DNA of 64,000 bases from Caecitellus pseudoparvulus (lineage: Eukaryota; Protista; Bigyra: Bicosoecida): assembly GCA_965644315.1 (NCBI GenBank), contig CBFFRQ010000043.1, positions 496,001 to 560,000 of the forward strand, read 5' to 3'. A program made the translations under genes and the position numbers. Under the pieces are notes generated by a model that was not told the DNA's origin, made no database searches, and saw only the letters and a program-made list of their open reading frames with translations. Shown piece after piece: positions 11,348 through 22,138 of the stretch (position 1 is the stretch's first letter; the number at the start of each line of letters is the position of its first letter).

Positions 11348-13586
11348 TCACTTCTTGCCAGGGCTCCACTCCGACAGGGCAGCGACATCCACCCAGTCCG
11401 TTTCAGAGGCCTGTGCGGCAGGGTGCAGTGCGGGGGCAGCGGCGGGAGCATGGGCTGCCTGGTGGCTGGTGGGGGCCTGTGCAGGCATTCGCATGAAGGG
11501 GGGCAACAGGCCCCCCTGCGCCTTCGCTCGCTCTGCAGCCGCAGTGAAGACGTCGGGCATGGCAGCCTGCCCCAGCTTCGGCATGCCTTCATAGGCGGTG
11601 ATGAGGTCAGTGACATTGTCCAGGGCGGCCCCGAAGGCGCCCGGGCCCACCATGTCGTCGTCTTGCAGGATGGCGGTGTAGTGGTGCAGGTGGGCGCGCA
11701 TGTTGTACAGGCGCAAGAAGTCACTGCGCAGCGCCCGCAGCGGCTCTGCTATGCCGCTGCTGTTATTCAGGATGGTCACGGCGGCCGGTGCGTACGGCGG
11801 CGGCGCCGCTGTGAGCCCGGTCTTGACGCCGTCTATGTTCCAAGCGGCCAGGCGCAGCGGCACAGCCCGCTTGCGCGGCGCCCAAAATGCCGGCAGGCCG
11901 TAAGCCTTCTCATTGCGCAGGCCGGTGATGCGGTGGATGTTGCGTTCCAGGTCGCTGACCTGCACGCCCTGCCCACGAGCCAGGACGCCTGCCGCCGCTG
12001 ACACAGCCGACGACGCGACATCGGGGGACATGCTGACGAGGGCGTTGAACCTGGAGGTGGCGCCGACGAAGAGCTCGTCCACCTTGCCGTGAGCGGTGCG
12101 CGAAGCGGCGGCCCACCGTCCCCGCTGCGTGCGGGCCTTGGCTGGGAAGGGGGCCATGGAGCTCGTCACGAACTGCAGGGTGGGGAAGGGCACCAGGTTC
12201 GTCGCGATTTCGTTCAAGTCCACGTTGAGCTCGCCGTGGAAGCGCACTGGCGCGGTGATGTTGCTCAGCTGCGGCGGGAATGGGGCGGGGGGTGTGCAGG
12301 CTGCTGCACACACGGCGGGCTGCGGAAGGGCTCGAGCGGGGACGCACCAAAGCTGCACCCAGAGAATTCATGGCGTCAAAGGCGGAGCTCGAGCGCGCGC
12401 TGGGGGCTTGGGGTGGACTGGCCGCGGCCTGTTTGGGGCATTCGCTGGCCGGGTCGCTGGGGGTGCTTGCCTGGGACCTGTACCTCGCCTCCAGGTCGGC
12501 CAGCCGCCCTGCCCCGACAACAGCCCCATCAACCTGTGTGTGCTCCCTGCGGGAGGGCGCGCGGGGGTCCCCCACGACGCGCTCAGAGCCAGGCCGCCGC
12601 TGTCGCCCCCTGCGACCGCGCCCTCGCCCCGCTGCTGGGGCAGCCTTACGCCCCGCTGTGAGGCGCGCCGTGGCAGCGCGCTGAGCGCTGACAGCAGCAG
12701 GGGAGGGAGAGGTGGAAGGCTGTCTGGTGGAGGCCCTGGCTCCCGGCTGCTGGGCTGTGGGCAGGGGCGCGGCGCCGGACGGGGTCGCCGCCGCTGGCAG
12801 GGAGGGCCCCAGATCGCCCCAGCGCTGCACCACGCGCCCCAGGGCGTCGTTGTCCATGGGGAAGGCGACGTCACAGTGCTCCGTGACCATGTTCAGGGCC
12901 AAGACGGCGTTGTAGGGCGACGTGACGACATCGTCCACCCTGGCCGGCCACACGGGCATGCTGAGGCGGAACATGGACGGGTACCAGTCTGCACAGGCCT
13001 GCAGCAGGTAGGAACCCAGGCCCGACCCAGTGCCACCTCCCAGGGAATGCAGGGCGAAGAAGCCTTGGGGCGAGTCACATGGCTCAAGGGTCTGCTGCAG
13101 CGTATCGTGCAGCTCAGAGTCGTACTTGGGCCCGTACACACAGAAGCCGTGGGCCCAGTTGTTGCCTGCTCCGGACACGTCAGTGACGAGGGAGGCGTGT
13201 GGAAACAGCTCCCCCAGTGGGGAAGCCTGCAGCTGCCGCACAACGCCTTGCTCGGTGTCAATGAGGACGGCCCGTGCCCGCAGCGCCGCAAGCTGGCTGT
13301 ACCTTCGCCCGAGGCCATCGGCAGCGAGTGGTACGTCCGGTTCGTGTGACTGCCAGGAACCCCCACGCAAGTCAACGTTCCGAAAGAATGCAGACATGGC
13401 TTCATCGAATCGGCCGCCCTCGCAGACCTGCAAGCGGCGGGGAAAGCTGCCTGCCTGGGCATGTGGCGTTTCAAGCTGAAACGACGGGCTCACCGCTGCG
13501 TGCTCTGCAAGCGCCATGTCCCAAAACTTCCAGCCAATCTGGTTCCCACATTGGCCAACTTGCAATGTGATGATTTCCCGCGGCAT
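11348..13586 (-). CDS. TUBE1: Epsilon-tubulin
   Basis: MPREIITLQVGQCGNQIG, LVTDVSGAGNNWAHG, HSLGGGTGSGLGS, DDVVTSPYN, RFHGELNVDLNEIATNLVPFP. Introns at 13493-13428 and 12347-12269. Confidence 0.92.
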
Positions 13587-13811
13587 CTTGGCGTCGATGT
13601 GGGTCCCCTCCCAGCGGGACGACGGCGCAAAGGTTGGATGCCAAGGCTTGCCGATGGGATGCGCGATGCTGTTGCAGCTCGCCTGCAGTCACAACGGACA
13701 ATTCACACACCCCAAGTATACTGCCGGGGTGATTGGTCCTTGCATGGCCTAGGACCGACCCGCAGCGGGGCCTGGCCTCATCTTTGCGCGTGTTTTGGGG
13801 GTGGCTGAGCA

Positions 13812-15194
13812 ATGTCTGCGACAGCACCACACATGGACCACGATGGCGCTGCCTCCTCCATCACGCACCGCAAGGTCGCCGCAGCTGCTGCATCACGCCT
13901 GGACGTACCCGCACCCCCAAGTCTATCCCCGGTCGTTCGATCAGCCCCTGCCAAGCGTGTGCACTGGTGCTGTACGTGTGCATGCACCCGCTGTTTTGCA
14001 CGAGCGATTTCCGCAAGCATCGACACGCTGCACCGCTTCACAGTGATGCTGGCTGGCAGCTGTGCGGCAGTGTTCGGAGCTGCCTTTGTGCTCATTTCGC
14101 TCGTGAATGCGTGGCTGTTCCACGTGGAGCTGAGCCGCGTGCGGGACGTCATCAAGACCATGACCTTGCCAGTGGACTTCAAGCCCATCCTCATCCCTGC
14201 ATACTCACGCCCAGAGTACCTGCGCCAAGTCCTCGAAGCAGTGACAACAGCAGACGGATTTGGCGAAGTGTGTGAGCCTGGCTGTGCTTTCTGATGCAAG
14301 CTGACACTGTCGCCGCGCCTCTCTGCCCACTGCTCAGACGGTCGTTGTCGTGTCTCAAGATGGCTCAAACGAAGGTATCAGGGACTTGATTGACGAGTAC
14401 TCCGTGTCAAGTGGGTGCCCCCCGCATCTTGTGCATGTGGTCACGGCTTGTCATGCCATGCGGGACGCCCTCCTTTCCTCTGCGCAGGCGGCGGCCGGGT
14501 CGTGCGCATGTGGCACACTCAGCCGTACCTCAACATCCCTCAGCGCTTCTACCGCACCGACGCCCCGACGGCAGCGAATGTCAAGTACTTGCTCACGCTG
14601 GCCATGGAGTACTTGGAGGCGTCAGGCGCCATCGTCCTGGAGTCCGACATCGCGCCCTCCCCAGACTTCTACAGGTACTTCCAGTGGGCTGGGCACCACC
14701 TGGCCCGGGACCCCCACCTCGCGCAGCGGGTGTTCACCGTGAACGGCTTCCACCACGACTCCAAGGCGTCAAACGATCTGTTCACCATGACGGCAGACCG
14801 GTACGGCTTCATGGTGTGGGGCTGGTTGTGCCCGGCTCACTCCTGGCCCCTCATCCGGGACAACTGGACCTGGTACCACAACTGGGACATTACCATGGAG
14901 TACTCCATCCGCAGGGGCGTTGCCGGGAACGAGAAGGTGTCTCTGTCCCCCATGGTCTCCCGCGTGCGCAACATCGGCATGACAGGCATCAACTTCAACA
15001 TTCCCGACAAGGCCACCCAGCGACGGTGGCTGGATCTGCACGTGCCTGCAGGGCCCGTGAAGTACAAAGACGAGGCAGGGAACTGGAAGCCCATGACCAT
15101 TGAGCCCCATCCACTGGGCCCACAGGCCGGCAAGCAGCCCGCAGGCACCCGCGAGACTCTGCAAGCCATCGAAAGGGTGCATGAGGCACCTTGA
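13812..15194 (+). CDS. Type II membrane GT-A glycosyltransferase, GT13 (GnT-I/POMGNT1)-like; multi-exon
   Basis: N-terminal TM helix, then PILIPAYSRPEYLRQVL, VVVSQDG, AIVLESDIAPSPDFYRYF, WGW, WD and PMVSRVRNIG, following GT13 motif order. Confidence 0.75.
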
Positions 15195-15652
15195 CAGCGA
15201 CGCTGCCAGCTGAGCAAGCACAGCGACGCACCAAATTGCAATGCACCATAGCACTCGTGGAAGCTTGTTGCATTACGTGGGCACTCAGTGCCATGCCCTT
15301 TGCTGGCAGCGAATGGCGGCCCGTACTTTACACTGCCGTGCCTTCGTTTCAGGCGCGTTTCACAACTCAGTGCGGCGCTTTTGAAGCGTGTTGGTGGGCT
15401 TGTCCGCTGCGCATGGGAAAAGAGACTGGAAGAATGCAGCAAGTGCCGTCTTTGGATTCTGTCAACTTGTGAGTGTCCGTTGCTCGTGCAGTGATCTGGC
15501 CACAGTCACCGTGTTGACGCATGCCACATTGCAGGCTTCTGCTGGGCATCTCCTCTGAATCTGTGACCGTGCGCCCCCCCCTGGTGGCTCAGCGCTTGAT
15601 CCAAGCTGCCGGCGCGATACGATGGGGCTCTTTCCGGGGCTCTTTGGAGGAC

Positions 15653-17029
15653 ATGGCGGCCTCTGGTCGCTCCGCCGCCTTCACGCCGCGACGCACCCCA
15701 GCGTCGCAAGCTGCGTGCGCAGCCAAGCTCCGAGGGACGCCGTCGCCCTCCCCGGCGTCAGTGTCGGATGCCGTCAGCACAGAGAGCACAGCAGTGCTTC
15801 TGCACCAGCCAGCGTCGCTGCCTCCAACTCAGGACGCGAAATCCTCCAGCGCAGGGCCCCACCTTGTCCCGCGAGTCTCTCCTCCTCCCGACGGCTGGGG
15901 CGGCAGCCTGGGCGACGGAAGCGGCATCCAAGGATCACTCCACCCGGAGCAAGCAAGCAGCATGCCTACGCTAGGCCAGGATGTCGCCTGCTCTCCTGCG
16001 GCTCAGCGCCGACAGGTGCAGGGGGCGGCTGGAGCCAGCGGGGCTCCCGGTGGGACGCCAGTGGCTGTGCCACACAGGCGCGGGGCAGAGGGACAGAGCA
16101 GCCCCCACATGTCTGTCGAGGGGGATTCCTCATCGCACGAGAGCAGCCCCCTCTCTGCGTGGTGGCTGGGCGGTGGGGCCGACGCCCCCCATGGCGCCTT
16201 GCCTGGGAGCCCGCCCGCTCAACCTGAGCGCCAAGCCGGAGCGTCAGCTGCACCCACACGTGGGCTAGGCGCAGACAAGAAGGTGAGGGGGCGGCCTGCT
16301 CCTGCGTGGTTCCCCACGACCAACTCCCAAGGCGAGGTGCAGTCCAGCAACACCTCTCCCTCTGCGGCGCTGGTGGAGACAGAGCGGCAAGACCTGCCCC
16401 AACACGACTCAGGCTCAAAGCGGGCTGCTCTGTCCTCTGCTGGCCTGGAGCAGGCCACCGCCCACTTGCGGCGGCAAGCTGTCGCCGACACCCGGCAGTT
16501 GCAGTTGATGCTGCAGGGAGGCCGCGCAGGGCAGGCCAAGCGAGGGCGGCCGGGTGGGGAGCAGGTGCCAGAGCCTGCTCCCAAGCACCGGCCTGAGGCC
16601 GCGCAGGGCTGGACCGGCGCAGGTGGGCACCGAAGGCGCACAGCTGGCATGGCTGAAGGAGCGGCGCGCTTCTTGGAAGCGACAGATGCGGGTGGGGGGA
16701 GACCGGGCGATGCGGACCGAGTGCAGGAGCGTGGCACGCTGCCAGTGGCAGCTCACGCATCTCGCTGTGCCAGGCTGCTGGCCAATGCGGAGAACATCTT
16801 GCGGGGGCAGACGCCGGCCAGGGCACGACACATGCAGCCAGCCGAGCTGTCAGGGCGAGAACTGGAGCAGGCCGTGGAGGCATACCCCTGCCCCTGCTGT
16901 GTTGCATTCCTCAAGAGTCTGCCGCCGGGGCCGCTGCAACGCCTGGTGCTGCAAGGTCTGCAGGAACACTTCAGCCAGAACACCCCCCCCACGCCGCCCC
17001 ACATCCATGACTTGTGGCTGAGCCTGTAG
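15653..17029 (+). CDS. Largely disordered protein with C-terminal CxxC...TPP motif (possible divergent CtIP/Sae2/COM1)
   Basis: Long low-complexity ORF ending YPCPCCVAFL...EHFSQNTPPTPPHIHDLWL. Start codon uncertain. Confidence 0.45.
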   Translation: MAASGRSAAFTPRRTPASQAACAAKLRGTPSPSPASVSDAVSTESTAVLLHQPASLPPTQDAKSSSAGPHLVPRVSPPPDGWGGSLGDGSGIQGSLHPEQASSMPTLGQDVACSPAAQRRQVQGAAGASGAPGGTPVAVPHRRGAEGQSSPHMSVEGDSSSHESSPLSAWWLGGGADAPHGALPGSPPAQPERQAGASAAPTRGLGADKKVRGRPAPAWFPTTNSQGEVQSSNTSPSAALVETERQDLPQHDSGSKRAALSSAGLEQATAHLRRQAVADTRQLQLMLQGGRAGQAKRGRPGGEQVPEPAPKHRPEAAQGWTGAGGHRRRTAGMAEGAARFLEATDAGGGRPGDADRVQERGTLPVAAHASRCARLLANAENILRGQTPARARHMQPAELSGRELEQAVEAYPCPCCVAFLKSLPPGPLQRLVLQGLQEHFSQNTPPTPPHIHDLWLSL

Positions 17030-17063
17030 CGCCAGCCCAGCGGCTTGCCCCAGCATCCCGCCT

Positions 17064-18216
17064 TCACGCAAAGTAGTCCAGCGCCAACAGCAGCAGCCCA
17101 GCCGCAACCAGCAGCCAGAACACCGCCCAACGGAAGGTGCCTTCGCCTTCCAGGGCTTCGTCAAGCTGCTTCGTGCCTTGTGTGAGGGCTGCGTTGGACT
17201 CTTCGGCCGTGGCTTGCACGCTGAGGATGGTGCTGGCCTGGGCGCTGACCTGGTCCGTGAAACGCCCCACTAGCTCAGACACCTCTTGCATGCGGCGCAA
17301 GATAGCCTCTGATTCATGCTGGTCCTGCTTTGCTTCCGGGCGGGCTTGCAGCTGCGTCGTGCCCTGGCCCAGCGCCTGGCCACGCTGCGGCTCGCCACCC
17401 GCTGCCGCTCCTCCCACACCTGCCGCCCCCTCATCCTGCCCGCGCACCCCCCGCAGGGCGTGCTGGAGCCCGCTCATGGCTCCTTTGACAGTGGACAGCA
17501 CGTGGTCTGCATCGCCAGAGGTCAGCGCCCCCACCGCCTGCACAGCCCGCGCGGTGAAGCTGCTGTCCCCCACCCCGCCAGGCACTCCTCCAGCCGCCTC
17601 GCCACGAGCAGGCGGCAAGCGCAAGTCCAGCAATTCGACCGCCCTCGCCGCCTGCATGGCCTTCACTTGACTGGACACGTCTTGCAGGTCGCTGAAGAGG
17701 CAGTCTGCGATGCCGTCCAGGTGTGCCAGCTTGGACCCAGGCGGCCCTGGGTGTGGCAGGCTCTCCAGGGCAGCGCCCTCTGTGTAGCAGGGAGGGGCGG
17801 CGGTGGTGAATGCACGAATGGGGGTCCTGTGACTGAGCACTGCGCCGGCAGGCTCACGTTTCACTGCCCGGCGCAGGCGTTGTATGGCGTTGCCGGCTCC
17901 CTTCAGGAAGGCCATGGCACTGCGGTCCACTCCTGCACGCTCCTCAGCAGACATCTCCGGGTGGCCATGGCCCCCAAGGTATGGCTCAGAAATGCTCTCC
18001 AACATGTGTTTCATGCGGCGCAGTTGCTCCGCCTGCTCGGCAGGGACGTGGGATTGTGTTGGCTGTTTCACCGGCGTTTCACATTGCCTGCCTCACGATC
18101 GACTGTGCGCTCAGCACAAACATGGAGAGCCGAGGGCGCCCAGAAGCGGTGGCAGAAAGCGCATCATCACTCTCGCCACTTTGCATCAGCTGCTGCACTT
18201 CTTGAGTGCGGTCCAT
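17064..18216 (-). CDS. STX18: Syntaxin-18/Ufe1/SYP81-like Qa-SNARE; multi-exon
   Basis: N-terminal MDRTQEV, MSAEERAGVD helix, SNARE motif (EVSELVGRFTDQVSAQASTI) and C-terminal TM ending LLALDYFA. Confidence 0.78.
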
Positions 18217-18387
18217 GCCGCAACCACGGAGTGTGGCACTCGCCTGACAAGGCAGGCGACGCAGGCAAGCTGCCCACACTGCTCCAGTTGGAGGCAGGGA
18301 AATGTGACCATGCCGCAGTCGTGCTCCCCAAAAGCTGGTAGGGTGTTTGTATTGTGGCCGAGGGGTGCCCACGCCAACAGCGTCCAC

Positions 18388-19824
18388 TTACCCCTTGGCC
18401 ATCACACGGGGCTTGCGCATGCGGTTGCGCACCGCCTTCCGCTGCTTCTTCGCCATGAGCTTCCCCGCAGCGCGCTGGTCCTTCATGTTCACCAGGCGCT
18501 CGTGCTCTGCGCGGGCCTGCTCCTCCCTCGCCTGCCGCATCTTCTCCGCGCGCTCCTCCTCCGCCTCCTTGTTCGCAGCGGCGGCCATGGAAGCTCGCAG
18601 GGCGTTGCTGTGCGCCAGCGCCTTCCGGCTCAGGCTCAGGCGGGACACGATGTCCACACACTTGCACGCCAGCAGGAGCAGCGGCTTCAGCTCCAGCAGC
18701 GCCTCCACCCTGGAGCTGGCTTGCTCGCCCGACGGCAGCAGCTGGCCCGGGCCAGGCAGCTTGAACTTGAAGCGCAGCACCTTGTCGGAGAGCTGCATGG
18801 AGGCAGGCGCGCCCAGCAGCGCGTGGTCTGTGAAGTGCGCCATCTGGAACAGGCTCGTGCGCTGGGAGGGCGCGGGCTTGCCTGTCTTTGGCTTCTTGGA
18901 GGACTTGTCGGCGCCGCGGGGAGGGGGGCCGTGCACGGCCAGGGCCTGGGCGAACTCGGCCGTGAGGATCTTGGACAGCACCTCGGGCGCGTCGGTGACG
19001 AAGGTGAAGGAGGACAGGTCCTCCGCAGTGGCCTGGACACCCGTGATGGCCGCGGGCTTGGGGATGACCTTGGCCAGGTCGCGCAGGTCTGCGGCGTCGC
19101 TGTGCGCAGTCTTGGCGGTGCGGGCGGGCAGCACGCCCAGCACGAAGGGGGCCATGCTGGTCATGGGCACCTCCACCACCACGCTGTCCGTGAAGGAGCT
19201 GGGCTTCACCAGAGACACCAGCCAGGACAGCAGGTCCTGCCGCGGCGCCAGCTGCAGGGTCACCAGCATGCCCTCGCAGCCCCGCCGACCCGAAGCGTAC
19301 AGTGTGAACTCATTGGCACTCTCTCGGCGGTAGGCGCTGCCGTCGTCCCCGCAGGCCCCCACCTCGGCGAACTGGCTCGCCAGCGTGGGCTTGGCCATGG
19401 TCAGGAAGTCTTGCGCGATGGAGGAGTTGGTGGAGGAACCGACGAAGTACAGACCCACGTACACCAGGGCGATGGTGGCACCAAGCATTTCCAGCTCGTA
19501 AGTCTGGCGCACTTTGCCCTGCTTTGCTGTCAGGCTGGGCGTGTCTTCAAGGGGCGCGGACGCCGCCTCGTTTTCTGCACTCGCATCCGCACCATCGGCG
19601 TTCACTTGCGAGGCAAAGCTTGCGTCAACCTCCTCCTCCTCCAGGGCATCGAACTCGTCGATTTCATCGAGGCCGTCTTCTGCGGTCGCTTCTGGGTGGC
19701 GCGGTCAGGAGCAAGGTGGACAGACGTGGAGCGGCGGCTTGGTGTAATTTCCGCACTCACCCCCGAGCACACTGCCAGCCAGAAGCCCAACAGCGAGGAG
19801 GGCTAGCAGGGGCGCAGCTCTCAT
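18388..19824 (-). CDS. CCDC47: CCDC47 (PAT complex subunit, DUF1682)
   Basis: Signal-peptide exon MRAAPLLALLAVGLLAGSVLG (19824-19761), acidic region, TM helix, QFAEVG, RESANEFTLYASGRRGC, LQLAPRQDL and a basic coiled-coil C-terminus. Confidence 0.85.
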
Positions 19825-20274
19825 TGTGATACTTGTCCCTGTGTCAGCTCGAAGCGCTCGCCAGGTGAATCACCCCACACGTCGCAGGGCCCTGCTGATG
19901 CAACACGTGTTGGGCGGCGCTTGGATGTGGGCACAGAGCGGCTGCCTTCGGGGCGATGGCGGCAGTTGTGGCAAACTGGGGGCAAGCACATGCCACCACT
20001 TTGTGTTTTGGACTGAAGTTGTGAACACTGCCTCTGCCTGCCTCCACATTGACTCTCTGGCTTGGGCCGAGCTGCAAAACTGGTCAGCCGAGGCAAAGAG
20101 CGCTGCAAACTGCGTCAAAACCAAAACTCCGACCTGCAAGCGAAGCCATAACAACGCCTGCTTGTCAGGACGCCTCCCTGCGCCCCTGCTGCTCCGCGTC
20201 CCGAGCAGCAGCCCGGCTGCCGTTTCACCTTGTAGCTCCTTTGCTACTTGCTGGCGGCTGTCGTCGGGGGAAAG

Positions 20275-22040
20275 ATGGCAGCTCAGGAAGGGGACCGGAT
20301 ATTTTGGAGGTCTAGAATTGTGGACTGCACCGAAGACAGCGCAGCCACCGTAGGAAAGGCTGCGTTTGAGTACGAGTGTGCATCCGTGCGTGAAACGCTG
20401 GCGGTGGGCTGCGCAGCAGAGGGCAACAGTCCGTTCTGTGCACGTGCCACAGGAGAACGAACTTCGGGACACCATCACCCTCATTCACTTCCTGCTGCTG
20501 ATCACACTGAGTATCCTGATGGTGAGTTGCGAGGCTGCTGCTTCCCTTCCTGCAGCTGGTTGCTGCACAGGCAACCTGCGCCGCGCAGGGGTGTCTCTAC
20601 GGAGCGGCGAACCGCATTTCCAATGCTAGGCTGCAACGCCAAGAAGTCCGCATTCAGCGCCAGCCGCAGCTTGTGCCTGCTCCTCCGAAGAAGGTCCGTG
20701 AACTACGCATGGCGGCGCTCGGCTCGCTGTCCAGCACGCCCAGCCCTTCCCTGCGCAGGGCGCTGTCGCAGACTCCATCCGCCGGGCCAACGACAACGCC
20801 TGCGCGATCCCGCACATGTACGGCGCGGCACATCGTCTGGGGGTGCTGCCACCCCTCCCTGCGCCGCCGCCCCTCCTCGCCCCAGCCGTCACCTTCACGG
20901 ATGGGGTGGTGGCTGCCTTGCGAGATTTATGTGCGTGCCCCGGCCTGCCTCACCAGGGCCAGAGCACGCCACGCACCTGTGACGCGCCTCCACCCCCTCC
21001 CAGGCCAAGTCATCGCGAGGACATATCCTGGCTCGTCGGACGCGGAGCGTGTCCTGAGCATGCTCAGTTCCCGGCACCCTCTGCGGGATGTGGGGCAGCT
21101 CGTCGCCACCACCCTGCGCAAGCACTTGGTACAGCGGGGCGCATCTCTCTCAGCCCTTCTAAGCCGCCAGAGCAGTGCCCAGCCGCCTTCGGGTTCAGGG
21201 CGCCCGCCCTCCTTCTCCTCGGGGGGGCTGCCGCACGCCGCCGCCCCCCCTCCCCCCATCCGGCCACCAGCTCCCCCAGCCCGCCACCGTGGCAGCGACG
21301 ACGGCGCAGCAGCGGCACAGCGTGAGCCTCCCTCTGGCACAGGTATGGACAGCAAGGCCAGTGCGGGGCAGGAGCTGCCGTACGTGCGGCTGCACCGGCC
21401 AACTAGCTCGCAGGCTGCCCAGCGGCGCAGCAACATCGTGGGGGACTCAAAGCGCCCCCTTTCGGACTCTGGCAGCTCGACAGAGGAGGACTTCACAAGG
21501 GAGAGCAGCTCTGACAGCCAGGCACTCCCTGTCCTCCCGCGTGTCTTTTCACACCCTGGTGCGGAGCAGGCGCAGCCAGCGTACTCACACGTGCACCGGC
21601 CAGGCAGCAGTGGCGACGATGTGGGCATGCGCACTCTGTCCACTCTGCCGGAGCGCGTGCAAGAAGCTGTGGACCAAGTGACTCTGCTGTTCAACAAGCC
21701 GACCCTGGTGCCGGCGGGTTCGCTGTCCCGCCTGCCCCTGGGCGCCGACCACGAGCACTGCCTGGCGCTGGTGCGTCTGCTGGTCAGCCTGCGGCGTGAA
21801 GTTGTCCTGAGCGCCGCGAGGGTGGATGCGCTGGCACGCCAGGCGGCTGCGGCGGCTCAGGCTGCGTCGGTGGCCGAGATGCACTTCGGCGTGGGGGCCC
21901 CCGCTGCAGGGGGTCGGTCAGCCGAGGGTCACGCTCATGGGCAGCGCCCCAGTCACAGCGGGGAGGGGCAAGCGAGTCAGCCCCATGAGGGGGGGGGTGG
22001 CCAGCATATCCGGCACCGCAGTCGAGCAAGCCACGAGTGA
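20275..22040 (+). CDS. Hypothetical single-pass membrane protein; multi-exon, model uncertain
   Basis: Exon ENELRDTITLIHFLLLITLSILM splices in phase to GCLYGAANRISNARLQRQEV..., which continues into ORF 20673-22040. No family recognised. Confidence 0.45.
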
Positions 22041-22138
22041 TCTCCCCTCAAACGAGAATATACATGTATTAACCAGCGAGCAGGGCCAGGCACTGATTCT
22101 GGCGCGTGGTGCCAAGGAATTTGTATGCGACACGCAAC

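Noticed and set aside
17884-19806. 640-aa plus-strand ORF
   Set aside because: Antisense shadow of CCDC47 and syntaxin-18 in high-GC sequence.
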